In this document: one piece after another, positions 35,101 through 47,502 of the stretch
Numbering within the stretch: the first letter of the stretch is position 1
How the letters are laid out: each line of letters begins with the position of its first letter
DNA from: Camelus ferus
Taxonomy: Eukaryota
DNA: 64,000 nt
Direction of reading: 5' to 3'
NCBI RefSeq assembly: GCF_009834535.1
Contig: NC_045698.1
Coordinates: forward strand, 7,194,001 to 7,258,000
The notes under the pieces: model-generated
Told to the model about the DNA's origin: nothing
Databases searched by the model: none
Seen by the model: only the letters and a program-made list of their open reading frames with translations
Program-made: the position numbers and the translations under genes

Positions 35101-38100
35101 ACAGAAAGAAAAGTTATTCAAGAAATCAAGAGATAAGTTTTGTGGCCCCTTAAAAGAGCGCTGGGCAGCAAGTGCCAATGGTAACAGGGCTTTCTCAACA
35201 GCGTTCCTGGAGATTCTGAGATTCCTGCTTTCAGAGCTCCATCCGCACCACCTCCTGCGCAATGACGAGTGATGAGTGACAGACCTCCCCGGCAGGTCTC
35301 TGCCAAGCTCAGCCTCCTCCAGCCCAGGGCTGCAGCAGGTTTTTTCTAAAACACAGATCTGACCAGCTTGAGCAACAGCCTTCCAAGGCCTCAGGATAAA
35401 GACCAAAGGCCACAGCATGACTAGGACCTGATCCCGAGATCTGCCCCAGCGAGCGCCCCCGGCCTCCACTCTCTCCTCTAGACAGGCCGCAACAAGCTCC
35501 CCAACTCCGCCTGACTTGGCATTCCCTCTGCCTCACACCCTAACTCTGCATTGCTTAGCCCCTCCGTGTCCAAAAGGCAAAGCAGTATTTGGAAAGCCTC
35601 GAGGATGACGCCAGCCACGAGGGGACTGAGAGCAGTGGCCCTTGTTCTGCAAATGGTTCATCTGCAAATTGGTTGTTTGGAACTCAGAAAGCTTTTTCAA
35701 CTGGGAGCAAGATGCCAAAGTGGAGGTGGGGCTCCAAGCCCAGCTCAGAAGGTTCTTGTTTGATCTGATAAGGAAGAAACGCTGCCTGTTTGCAATTATT
35801 AAAAAAAAGAGAGAGAGAGAGAGAGAGAAATTCTATTGCACTTTCTTTTCCTTTTAATAATAAGATGTTTTGAACACATTTAAACATATGTGTCAGACCA
35901 TTCTGTGTGCAAGTAGTTATTTCACAATGTTAGAAGAGCAGTAATTAAGTCATTCTGCAAAATAAAGTGGAATAAGCAGTAGTTTGGGTCATTTGGACTT
36001 TCCAATTTTTCTTGAATGCTTTGATCTCAAGAATAACTGCCTTAATTGCAGAGGACCAACAGGAAGAGGGCATTTCTATAAAAATTCTTTAATTGACTCA
36101 AGTGAACTTATCTTCACTTTTCTGGCTGGGTATGTTCCCTGCTTTCCTGGGAACGCTAGGGATGAGCTTCGGATGAACCTCCCTTCCCCATGCTGGGTTC
36201 ATATACTTTGGGGGGCTCAATTCCAGGAGTGGAGTATGTGGCTCAGGCCTGGCCAATCAGAGCCTAGTAATCTCTGACCACAATGATTGGTTCAAGGATG
36301 GATTTGTGACCCAGTCATAACCATCAGGGCCAAATGAGAATTTTGCTGGGTTGCAGGGAAAAGAGCCAATGGGAGGCTGGAGCTGCTGCAGCCATCTTGC
36401 CTCCCAGAGGCAAACGCTGCCTGAGAACGGAGCCAGCATCAGATAAGGGAGCTGAGAGATGTTGGAAGGTTACATCTTGGGGATACCTTCTGAGCCATAG
36501 ACCAACCTCTGCTTGAAGCCAGAAACTACCTCTTTTCAGTTCTATAAACCAACAAATCCATGACTGCTTAAGCAGTAAGCGTTCAAGATAGGTCTTCTTT
36601 CAAACAAAAGACACTTGACCAGGCGCAAGGATTTCAGTCTACTTTCCAAGTTAGTATTTCCATTTTATGTCTCATTCTGATTTAAAATGTGTGGCTCTCC
36701 CCCCGTGGAGGGGGCCCCTGGACTGCACTGATGCCTGAAACGATCACCCTGACTTGTGCTCACATGGCTTTTCTTCTGAATGTCCTAACTATTGTCCCCA
36801 CCCCAGTCCTACACAAGAGCTGGATTTTGTATTCACATCACAGTCTCTCTGGTTCTCTCGTGTTTCTACTTCTAATTTACTCCTAACATCTTGTTTCATT
36901 TGGTTTTTCTTGGGCTTGCAGGTTGAGTCCCTGGGAGGGGGCCCTGGACATGGACAAACGTGCAGGAGGTTGGGGCCCCAGTAATCTCAGGGTCAACCCT
37001 GGGGAAGAGGAGGGAGGAGGCAGGATGCAGAGAGAGCCTGGGCTGTGGTGCCATCCCACACAAGTCCCAAGCAGCTCCTGGGGGAGCTCAGAGCTGGGGT
37101 GGCCCTTGAGGGTGCCCTGACTTGGGGTGAAGGAGCCAGGCCTTCCTACCCCTGCAGTGAGACTCCGCAGGATGGGACAAACTTAAGACAAGGTGCTTCA
37201 CGTCCTAGCAGTGATCCCAAAGTCAGCCACTGGCCCTGGTCTCCGGCGGCGAGACCCTAAGGTTACTCACAGTCCAGGGTACTTGACAAGCTGCGAGCTC
37301 CCAGGGTGGCTCGTAGCATCTCCCAGACTGACGGACCACACGGAGACCAGAGGGAGACCCTGGCCTGAGCCACTAAGCACTGCTGCTCCACACAGGCCCC
37401 TGGAGAGAGGGTGGCCAGGACACGGGAGAGTCTGGCCACCCGTGAGCGTGGAGACCGAGGCGGGGCCGAGGAGCTAGGGAGCAGAGGCCCCTGCAGGCTG
37501 TGGGCAGAGGTCGGCCCGGGGTCCACCGGCCCAGGAGACAAAGGGCCAGCAGCCCTGCAGTCAGCCCTAAAGGAGCAGAGGTCCAGGGACCGAGGTGCCA
37601 CAGACAGGGGGCAGGTTATTCACAGTTGCCCCACCTGGGCTTGGGGCACAGCTTACCAAACACAAGGCTCAAGCACATGGTGGGAGAAAGTCAGAACATG
37701 GGGGAGGACGGCGTCTGGAAGGGCACGTGGCCAAGGGAAGTCAGGGGCTGGTGCTGGGGGGGCACCTCTGCTCTGGGCTCAGGTTTTCTTGCTGAGGAGG
37801 AGTTTGGCATGAGAGAACATTCCTGCCGCCTCCCTGCTCCATCCTTAATCCTCCAGACAAAGAGGGGATCTGAGTGGCAGCTGAGAGCGCTGGTCCTTGC
37901 TTCCGGACTGGGTGCAGCCAATTTAATAAAAGGCTGCAATCCTAGGGGATTCCCGCCTTTTCTTCCCACCGTTCCCCGACCCCTGGCAAGACAGCAGTCC
38001 TGGTCTGGTGGGTCTGGTCTAAAGACCCATGGCTTCCCAGGGGGAAGGGGGCTGGGGTAGGGAGTGGCCCATGGGGCCTCAGAACAAAAGCCGCAGTTTC

Positions 38101-41100
38101 CAATCAGTGGCATGCAGGTGGGGCTGGCATCTTCTTTACTGTCTCTTCTCTGTCCACTGTCTCAGCTGGCCCTGCAGCTGGGAGGGGAAGGAAGGACTGT
38201 TGATCTCTGGACCCTGGGGCCCAATTTCAAGGAAAATCAAGCCCCGCTGGTACTTCCACGAAGCTCCTCCACATCGGTGCCACAAAGACTTTCCCAGAGA
38301 GGGAAACAAATGAGCTTGCTGGCCAGCAGGACGCTTGTTGGTACATAAACTGAGCTAAGTAAATAAAACATGTTTCCTTTATGTCTCAGGGAGGACTCCA
38401 TTAGCTGTGACCTCAAAGTCCTACGTGCAGGGAGGGTGGGGTGGGTGTCTGAACTCCAAAGCCCGCCCCTCCTCTCCCCCCAGCCCCCGCTTCCCGGTGC
38501 CCGGGGCACCACTAACACAGCCCCGCTGGAAATGTATTTGTAACTTACCTATCGATCTTTCTGGCATCTTTTGTCTTCAACCACTCCGAGAAAGTGGACC
38601 TGTCCCAAGAGGGGTCCCAGGGCTCCTGCCCTACAAAGAAGTCTGGAACGATGGTTCTGTAAAACAAGGGCATGAGCTGACCTTACTTGTTTCGGAGCTG
38701 TTGGGGCTCGGTGTTTGCTTACATTCTTTAAGAAACTCACTAGGTTGACAGTTCTGGACCACAGGAACAGAAAAGTAGTCAATTGTGATCACGGCAAAGA
38801 GGCCAGCGGGCATCAGGCCACAGCATCTTGGATTTCACAACCAAAGGTGCATGGCCTCTGGCAGCCTGCTCAGAGCCCAGCCCATCTGACATGCCATCAG
38901 GCCGTGCATTCTCCACTAGATATGACACCCAGGACAAAGGTTCCCGGGTGGCGAGGGCAGGGCGGGTGCAAACAGGTCCCCCTCCTGCCCCTGAGGAGTT
39001 ACACCTCTCAGCTGGCCTTTCACGTTAGCCACAGGCCAGAAGGGCACACCTGGTGAGCGCGGCCAGTCACCATGACCAAGCAGTTTTCTCCAGCCTCCGC
39101 CCAGGGTGCCAGCAGGGCACAATGTTCTGCCCAGAGGGTATGGTCTAATGCAGGTTCTAAAAGGGGAGGCGGCAAGACAGCCTGTGGGGTCTGTGTCAAA
39201 CGCCATGCGCGTCCACCCGAGGCGTGGGGCCACACGCTCCTGCCAGAGACCCGGTTCCTGAAATAAAGGTCACAGCCGTGGATGGATGAGCACAGCTCCT
39301 CCTGCAGGGGTGGAAAGAACACTGAAATCTGGGTCAGAAGAATCTAAGTTTGGGTCCCAGCACTGCCTCGTTCTGGCCTGAAACCGTAACAAGTCGTTTA
39401 ATCACTTTTAGCCTCTTTTTCTTTCTTTCCTTTTATTCCTTTGGGGGGGGAGGGGTAAGTAGGTTTATTTATTTATTTAATGGAGGTACTGGGGATGGAA
39501 CCCAGGACTTCAAGCATGCCAAGCATGGGCTCTACCTCTGAGCTATACCCTGCCCACTTCTTTTTTTTTAATTGAAGTGTAGTTGATTTACAATATTGTG
39601 TTAGTTTCAGGTGTACAGCAAAGTGATTCAGTTATACACGTATATAAGTTCTTTTTCAGATTCTTTTCCACTATGGGTTACTCCAAGATATTAAGTGTGG
39701 TTCCCTATGCTGTACAGTAGGTCCTTGTCATTTATCTATTTTATGTATGGTAGTATGTATCTGTTAACCCCAAACTCCTAATCTATCCCTCCCCACCCCC
39801 TTCCCCCTTAGCCTCTTTTCTTGATCTGAAGGAGACAGCACCACACACCACCCAATCTCAGAGGATTATTCTGAAGGCAAAACAGGTAAGTGTGAGAGGG
39901 CTTTGTAAACCACGAGCGTTTTGACTCATTCTTTTATGTTCCGTCTCCAGCTAAGGACCCACCTAAGACAACAGAAGGGACCATTCAATCTGCTGGTTGC
40001 AGCCGGCTGGTCTGGGGTGACCGCACCCTCTGCCTTCCTGCCCTGGGAACAACGACAGTCCCACCTCGGCGGCGCTGCTGCCAGGACTCAGGACAATTGC
40101 CCCGCTGACACCCCAGCGCAGGGTCTGGCCGAGCCAGGAGGCAGTCAGGGCCGGCCAGTGTTTTTATTACTGGTCTTGCCCCTGGAAAGGTCAGGAGCCT
40201 CATCTTCAAGAAGAAACATGAGGACATGAAAAAGTGAAATGTCAAGTGGAGGTCGTCCTCTCTCGGGTCAATGCTAAACCCACACCACAGTGGGTGTGTC
40301 GCCTTTAAACGGGTTCCTCTTTGCAGGAAAACGAGGTGTAGGTGCATCCTTTGATTTCCAGCTTCTCTTTTTGAGTAAATAAAGGAAATCGGGGTGCAAC
40401 ACACACAGAGCTTGCTGGGTGTTATGCTTTCTGAAGCTGGACAGGAAGAAACAGTCCCTCCCCTCTATCCTCCATGCTTTACTGAACCTGCTACCAACAC
40501 CAAGGTGGGGAGAAGCAAACAGGTGACAACATTCACCAAAGGTGGCCATGGCCACACAGTGGGACAAAGAGATAACTGTGCGAGATGAGCGAGGTCTCAC
40601 TGTGAGGGTTCTGGAATCCAGTCTAATTTCGACCGGGCCATGACAGTTTGCGTTCAGACCAGGACAACATGGGTGCCCTGGGGTGAAAGCTGACCCCAGA
40701 CAGAGATGCCTCAAGGGCCGAGTAATGGGTCCATTTCAGGTATGGGGAGTTCTGCCCCAGGTGTCCTGGACATCAGGAAATAACTCTCTCTGTGTCCAGT
40801 GAGTCTACAGGGCCAGCCACTCGGAAGCCCAGGGGTTGGGCTGGGAGCAGCTGGCCACCAGTGGACACTGGCTGTCATGTGACATTCCCCATTGACCTGC
40901 ACCCCAGAAGGGAAGAAAATAGATAACGTACATCAGAATATACACAGGGTTTTTTGGGTTCATTTCCTTTGAAGGGAACAAAAGAGACCGCAGAAATGTA
41001 CACGAATTTAAGCAACGGAAAAGAATTTTATACGTACGTGTATCCATTTCCTGCGATCATGTCGGCCATGTACCTGGTGTTGGGCAACTGCCAGCCGAAT

Positions 41101-41252
41101 ATATCCTGAATGACAATCACGGCTTTGCCCGTGTCGACTGGGCACTTGGTGAGATAAGCCTTGATGTGCTCGACTTGAACTTCACGTCCCATCCCCCCAT
41201 ACTCAAGTCTGTGGCCAATGTCACACGGACAAGGATGAGCTTCGTTGGCCAT
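31988..41252 (-). CDS. CMBL: Carboxymethylenebutenolidase homolog (dienelactone hydrolase family), 245 aa: join(41038-41252, 38549-38656, 34953-35095, 32855-32946, 31988-32167)
   Basis: Exon lengths 215+108+143+92+180 = 738 nt. Translation has [20 protein letters not shown]..., the GFCWGG Cys nucleophile elbow, ENDAVIP (Asp) and THGF (His), ending EWLNKYV*. Introns are GT-AG. Confidence 0.98.
32855..32946 (-). CDS. CMBL: CMBL exon 5
   Basis: [31 protein letters not shown]. Confidence 0.97.
33573..33946 (-). mobile_element. ERV solo LTR (same family as 50584-51016)
   Basis: TG...CA ends; minus-strand AATAAA; terminal sequences are near reverse complements of those at 50584-51016. Confidence 0.65.
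34165..34198 (+). promoter_or_regulatory. Probable CTCF binding site in CMBL intron 4
   Basis: GGCCACCAGGGGGCGTG closely matches the CTCF core; upstream TGCACT lies 12 nt before CCACC. Confidence 0.7.
34953..35095 (-). CDS. CMBL: CMBL exon 4
   Basis: [47 protein letters not shown]. Confidence 0.97.
38549..38656 (-). CDS. CMBL: CMBL exon 3
   Basis: [36 protein letters not shown]; ttttacag / gtaagt. Confidence 0.95.
   Translation of the reverse strand, partial: NHRSRLLCRAGALGPLLGQVHFLGVVEDKRCQKDR
39425..39555 (-). mobile_element. tRNA-derived SINE (Vic-1-like)
   Basis: Antisense copy: tttatttattt...aatggaggtactgggg...ctgagctataccc. Confidence 0.85.
39560..39807 (-). mobile_element. L1 3' end fragment (cetartiodactyl-type)
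   Basis: tttttttttaattgaagtgtagttgatttacaatattgtgttagtttcaggtgtacagc; outer repeat ttagcctctttt at 39408-39419 and 39808-39819. Confidence 0.8.
41038..41252 (-). CDS. CMBL: CMBL first coding exon (exon 2; acceptor at about 41271)
   Basis: [10 protein letters not shown]...[24 protein letters not shown]; donor gtacgt. Confidence 0.97.
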
Positions 41253-42676
41253 TGGAGAGATCTTAGTTGGGCTGTAGAGAGAGACACAGGCCTGAGACTC
41301 CGAGCGGTGCAAATCTGAAGGTAAGAAACAGTAAGTAAACTAAAATCAAGAGTACAGAAAAAAAATTAATGTTAACTATGCTCCTAGTGTATGCATGCAA
41401 GAAATCAGTGACAATGTCTGCTTCTGGGTAATAAGGCCAAGATTAAGGCCAGTAAGAATCCATTCCCACCACAAACGCGAGAAATACAGGACTGCGTGGA
41501 ACCAACTAATAAACGTGAAAATGGTGGCGCAGCCCCCAAGCCTGGGCTAGAGAGGAAGCACAGCCAGGCCAGGATGGCAGGAGCAGATGGGGGGAGCCAG
41601 GATGCTGGGGCAGGGCCAGACCCAGAGACAGGCCCTCGCCCAGCTGGTGCTTAGGATTCCATGTCCAGTGAGGCCTTGGGACCCCATGAGACAGGGATTT
41701 GTAACTGAGATCTCCCTCCACAACGTCCGGTCCCTTAAAAGTTCCTATTTAGTGGAGAAAATAATAAACAAACAACAAAAGAAAAAATGATAAAGAAAAA
41801 CTCTGTCGACCAGGTCTAGGAACATGGTAGGGAAGATCAGGAAAGGAAAAAAGAAACCATAAAAGTAAGATAAAACTGGGAAATAAGTAATGTTAAGATT
41901 TTAACATAAAATCTTAAAAAACAAAACCCAACAAAAACAAACAATGCCCCAAATATGCACCATCCGTTTGAAGTAGGAAAACCTGGGCTGAGAAATTGGC
42001 TTAAGAGCGGACTCTGGGCAGTGAAGTCCCCGGGCACCTGGCAGAAGCAGGTGCCTGTCTACTTCATAGCAAGACTCACAATCCAGGCTGAAAACACATC
42101 CCACAAAAGAGAAGAGCTTCACAGGAGGAAGTGCTCCAAATAAACACTCCTCACGGTGGTAGGGGGAGGGGGAGGGAAAGGGAAGAGACCCAGACAAGCG
42201 CGACCAAAGGAACAGAAAGCAGGAAAGGAGAAGAAACAGAACGTGTAAACCAACCAACCATAAAGCGAGAAGTAATGCGGCTGAAATCAATCCACGTAAA
42301 TGGAAATAGAGTAAATTCATTCTTTGAGACAGATTCTCAAATTAAAAAAAAAAATTTTAATCTAAAAAGGTTCCCCAGGAAAGGAAAAATGGAAAAGTTG
42401 AACCCAAAGATAAACACCTCTTCATGAGCAGTTAGAAAATACACAGCCTTTTCCAGCAAATGGAAAAGCTGTTTGGTGAACAGCTACCCAAACTGCCCGC
42501 AGGTTAACCCACAACACAAGCCAACAAAGATTTTATATATGACATGACAAATTAGTGCAGTGAAGAAATGATGATAAAAATTCAACAGGTTCTAAACCAA
42601 ATCACACTGAAAACACTATGTACCAGAAGTTGAAATAGTGTGCTGTCACCTAGAGAAACAGTGACATCCCAGACCG

Positions 42677-43164
42677 TGTCGGAGGAAAGCACTTGTCCCC
42701 TACCCTCCCAGTGCAGCGGCTGAGAGCCTGCGAATTTAACTGACAAAAGTCAGATGAGCAGGAGAAAAAACCCACTGCTGTTATTGATGTTTTTAATTTT
42801 ACATACACAGGAGCTTTGCAGAAAAGAAGTGAAAACCCAAGAAGCAGTTAGACTGGGGGCTTATATATCACTGTAAAAAAGGGTGAAAGTTGCGGAGAAG
42901 CGAGGAGGACACAGATAGGGGACATGAGGAAGATGAGGGTTGTCTCAGCAGTTTGTCCACACAGACCCGTCTCACGACGGCTCCATCTCTGCTGAGTACA
43001 GTTGCTCATGAGGGAGGGGGACCCATGCCCTAGTTTTAGGCAGAAAGGCAGAAAGGGGGAGGGAAAAGCCCTTCCTGCATCTGCTGTTTGCCAGTTGCCT
43101 TCAGCTCAAAATAATCAACATCCAAAGTGCCGTATTTTGGGGATGGCATTTCTGATCTTCCTCA
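42677..43164 (-). mobile_element. ERV1-like solo LTR
   Basis: TG...CA ends; tgccttcagctcaaaataatc...attttggggatggca end typical of mammalian ERV1 LTRs. Confidence 0.6.
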
Positions 43165-43169
43165 ACTGC

Positions 43170-44360
43170 ATGTATCAGACAAGAAGAAAGAATGGAAATA
43201 AAACTAAACATACAAATAAAGAAGCAAGGGTGAAAATACAGAATAAACCCAAAAGGAGAAAATAATGAGATGAAAATAAACAATAGAGAAAACAGAAAAA
43301 GATTAAAATCTGATTTTTTAAAGTGTATATCTATTTAATAAATTGAATTCATAATTTAAAACTTACAAAATAGCTCTATCAGTTAATCTTTCCAAATATT
43401 TAAGAAAGAAATAACATCAATCTTATACTGACATTTCCAAGTTCATTGTATAGAATCAGCATAATCTTGATAGTAAAGCCAGATATATATCATAAGAAAA
43501 AAATTCAAGCCAATATCTCTAAACAATATAAATCAAGTCTTTTTGAAGAGTCTTAATCAGCAAAAACACAGGCAAATAGAATAATAGAATCCAGTAATAT
43601 CTAAAAATGAAAAGATATCACAAAAAAACTTATTTTAATCCAAGAATGAAACGTTGATTTAGAATTTGAACGTCAAAGTAATTTCATATTAACAAAGAAT
43701 AAAGGTAAAAACATGTAATCATCTCAACAGTAAAATCTGATTTTTTGAAGAGTTATAAAACAGGTGTATCCTTAGCAAACCTGATCAATAAAAGGGAAAG
43801 AATGATAAACATACATATAACAACAAAACAAGATGTCCGATGAGAAAGTTGACGAAAGTAGATTTTTCCCTTTAAAGATCATGAAAAATTAGTATGAACA
43901 ACTTTATGCTAATAAATTTGGAAACAGAAAAATATACGCAGAATAAAAGACAGTGAAACATTCCTAACTTCAAAAAACTCAATGGAAAAAAAAAAAGGTG
44001 GTGAGACAGCTCAAGACGAAAGAGAAATAAACCAAATGCACCGTGTTAAACTTGACTTCATTCTGGTTCCAAATTAAGAACGGCTACAAGAGATAACTGG
44101 GGAACCACAGAAAATGTAAATATGGATGATAGTTGATAGTATGAATTATTACTAATTTTCTAAGGTGGGATGAGAGTAGTCATGTAGAAGAAAGTTCTTA
44201 TTTTTAGAAGATGTGTGCTCAAGTCAGGGTTGAAGTATCAGGATCTTCAATCTCCCCTCCAATCATTCATAAAACACTCATGTACAGACACACATAGAAA
44301 CAGAAAGCAATTATGGCAAATTGCAAACAATTGTTGAATCTAGGTGATCAGTATAAGCGT
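43170..44360 (+). mobile_element. Degraded L1 ORF2/3' fragments
   Basis: A-rich; aatatttaagaaagaaataacatcaatctta, gccaatatctct and actttatgctaataaatttgg resemble L1 ORF2. Confidence 0.6.
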
Positions 44361-44484
44361 TCCTTTCTTTCAGTTTTGGGGGAACAACATGGAACAGGGT
44401 AGCTGGAACAGAAAGATCAGGAAGAGAGTAGCGGGAATATTCCGCTTCCCAGAAGCCTTCTACCGAGGGAAAACCAAATCCTGT

Positions 44485-44610
44485 TTTTCCTGCGGGGGCG
44501 GGGCGTGGTAATTATGTTTATTTATTTATTTTAATGGAGGCACTGGGGATTGAACCCAGGGCCTGGTGCATGCTAAGCACACGATCTACTGCTGAGCTAC
44601 ACCCTCCCCC
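44485..44610 (-). mobile_element. tRNA-derived SINE (Vic-1-like)
   Basis: Antisense copy: ggtaattatgtttatttattt...ggggattgaacccaggg...gctgagctacaccctcccc. Confidence 0.85.
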
Positions 44611-44939
44611 TAAAATTCTTGTAACAAGAATGGTAGTGGTGAAAAGAGAACAGTCAGGGTCTGGATAGATTTTGCAGGTGCAGCCAACTGGTTTTGCTGA
44701 CAAATGGCAGCATAGGGTATTGGACAAAAAGGCGCCAGTGGTGACTAGAAGGTCTTTTGCTTGAACAACTGGAGGTGGATGGAGAGTCTTTAAATGAAAA
44801 GGGAAACTGCCGGAAGAGCAGGTTTGAGGAGACCGGGACTTCAATCTGGGCTCAAGAAGTTTGAAATCTATTAGATGCGCCAGGTGGACAGGGGAGGGGT
44901 CCAAGCTGAAGATGTGAATTTGAGAGTGAGTAGCCTACA

Positions 44940-45577
44940 CAGCTGAACCTCACTTTTTGCAGACTCTGTGTTCATGAATTGCCTACTTGCTAACTGTATT
45001 TTAACTCTAAAATCAATAATTGCGGTGCTTTTGCATCACCCGTGGGTCTGTGTAAAGCAGCAAAAAAAATCTGAGTCACTGGTGTGCACGTTCTCAGCCA
45101 CGGTCCAGCAAGGCTGTGCCCTGTCTTGTTTCGGCTCTCATGCTGTAAACAAGTGTCCTTTTTGTGGTCTATTGAGTGCCACATCGCTTGCAATTTTGTG
45201 CTTTTTGTTGATTTCATTGTTTAAAAACGGCTGCCACGGACAGTGCTGAAGTGCTGTCCGGTGTTCTAAGCACAAGAAGGAGATGGTGATGTACCTTATG
45301 GAGGAAATACACCTGTCAGACATGCTTTGTTCAGGCACGAGTCACAGTGCTGCTGGCCACGAGTTCAATGTTCACGAATCAACAACATAGAATAAACATA
45401 TATTGTGTTTCTTCCTACAGAAACACAAATGAAACACGGTTCAGTTGAGGGAAACATGACATGAGGCTCGCAGGAATCTGATGTATTTCTCCGCGGAGCA
45501 GGGGTCCAATAGCTGCTCGTTCAGCGTTCACAGAGATTTTACAGGACAAAACTCCAGTGAATGATGAGAATCAGCTG
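44940..45577. mobile_element. TcMar-Tigger DNA transposon (MER82-like), about 640 bp
   Basis: Imperfect terminal inverted repeats cagctgaacctca... / ...tgagaatcagctg; internal sequence resembles recalled MER82; sits inside an L2 relic. Confidence 0.6.
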
Positions 45578-45952
45578 GACACAGTATTTATAGCCTTGAG
45601 AGTGAATGACATCATCTAGGGGTAAGAAGAGATAAAGAGAAGAATCCAGAAGATTGAGCCCTGGGGTCCTTCAACACTTGAGACTTCAGGGAGGTAAGAA
45701 GTGATGAGGGAATGAGTCTGAGAAGGATTGGCCAGTGAGAGGAGAAGAAAACCCAGGTGTGGTGTCCAGGAGCCTAGCGAAGGAAGGGCTTCAAGCCAGG
45801 GAGAGTGTAACGTATACCCGAATCACTTCCCAGTGCACCTGAAACTAACACAACATTGGAAATCAACTACACTTGAATTTAAAAAAAAAAGAAACATGGG
45901 GGAAAAAAATGCGTATGCACCACAAAAAATAAACTTAAAAAAAAAAAGAAAG

Positions 45953-46028
45953 GAAGGAAGCATGTAGACCCGCACCATTCCACGGGGAGAAAAGGAAGCA
46001 AGTAGACCCGCACCATTCTGCGGGGAGA
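45953..46028. repeat. Tandem duplication, 2 x 38 bp
   Basis: gaaggaagcatgtagacccgcaccattccacggggaga / aaaggaagcaagtagacccgcaccattctgcggggaga. Confidence 0.85.
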
Positions 46029-46962
46029 CCCGAGCGCTGCACACTGAGGGTGCCCACGGGGCTCTGCACAATGTGAGTCTTGCTGAGGCCAGAACGGGTT
46101 TGGAGGAGCAGGGTGAACAGGACAGACAGGCCAAGAGAGAGGAGAGCCTGGGAGACAGAAAGTACAGAAAACTCTCTCTGGAGTGTAGCCAGTCTTAAAA
46201 AAAAAAAAAGAGTGAGAAAAATGGAAGGAAGATACGGAAACAAGTTGTTGTTTTTTTTTTAAGAAATGTCAGCAGATTTGCATGTGGATGAGAATGGCAC
46301 CACAGAGAGGAAAGCAAACCAAACCACTCTTGGGGGGGCTGGGGGAACTGTCTCTAGTGAGGGTGGGTGGGATCAGCACAGAGGGGGAGGCCACTGGCAG
46401 GTCCCCCACAGCCCCAGGGGGGAAGGCGCAGGGCGTGGACACAAACATCGGTGGGTGGTGAAGCCTGGCTGGAGACTGTGGATGCTCCTGTTTGCATCTG
46501 TTTCCTCAGAGAACTAAGCAGTCAACAAATGAGAGTGAGTGAGAGCAACAAGGAGGTTGGAGGGGACAAGAGAAGTGGAAGACAAAGGACCAGGGACAAG
46601 GTCGGGGTCAGCAAGGCCATGTCCCCCCAGCCAGGTCCAGCTGCAGGGTGCAGGCAGAAAGACGCAGTCAGATCAGACTGGGCTCTGTGAGGTCATTACC
46701 CGGGCAGGAGGGCACTGTGGTTCCTGGAGGGCTGGCAGGGGATGGACACCAAGCAACTCAGGTGGGAAAACACAGCACTGAGTCATGACCTACCACACAC
46801 ATCCTGTCCAGTGTGAGAAGCACAAGCAGGAAAAGCAAACTATTCGAAGAAAACAAAAGAATACCTTTTTCCTGAGCCTTGGAGTCAGGCAGAATTTCTT
46901 ACATTAGACCCAAAAAACATGAACAACAAAGGAAAAGATGAATAAATGTCATTTCATTAAAT

Positions 46963-47280
46963 ATGTATGTGTCTGCTTGGGTTGCCACAACAAAACGACA
47001 GACTGGGTGGGGATTTAAACAGCAGAAATGTATTTCTCACAGTTCTGGAGACTGGAAGTCTAAGATCAGGGTGTCAGCATGGTCAGATTCGGGGTGGGGG
47101 GGCGGGGGAGAGAGGCAGAGGGAGAGAGAATAAGCTCACTAGCCTCTTCCAAGGGCACTAATCCCATTACGGGGGCCCCAACCTCACAGCCTCATCTAAC
47201 CCTAACTACCTCCCAAAGGTCCGACCTCCTAATACCATCACATGCAGGGTGGGGGCAGTTACTGCTTCAACGTATCAACT
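46963..47280 (-). mobile_element. MaLR (MLT1A/MST-like) LTR
   Basis: cagaaatgtatttctcacagttctggagactggaagtctaagatcagggtg...ctaatcccatt...cctcctaataccatcaca. Confidence 0.7.
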
Positions 47281-47375
47281 GAAAATTGAACTGACTGGAT
47301 ATTTGATGATATGGAGAATCATTGTTATTGGAGATAGAGGGGCAGGGAAGGAGAAATAATGTTCCTGCAGTGATG

Positions 47376-47502
47376 GGGTTTTGTTTTGTTTGGGGGGGGG
47401 TTGGTAATTAGGTTTATTTATTTATTTATTTTAATGGAGGTACTGGGGATTGAACCCAGGACCTTGTGCAAGCTAAGCACGCACTGAGATATGCCCTCTC
47501 CC
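47376..47502 (-). mobile_element. tRNA-derived SINE (Vic-1-like)
   Basis: Antisense copy; TSD cagtgatg at 47368-47375 and 47503-47510. Confidence 0.85.

Noticed and set aside
37263..38113. ORFs up to 186 aa in CMBL intron 3
   Set aside because: No recognisable homology; typical chance ORFs in GC-rich intron.
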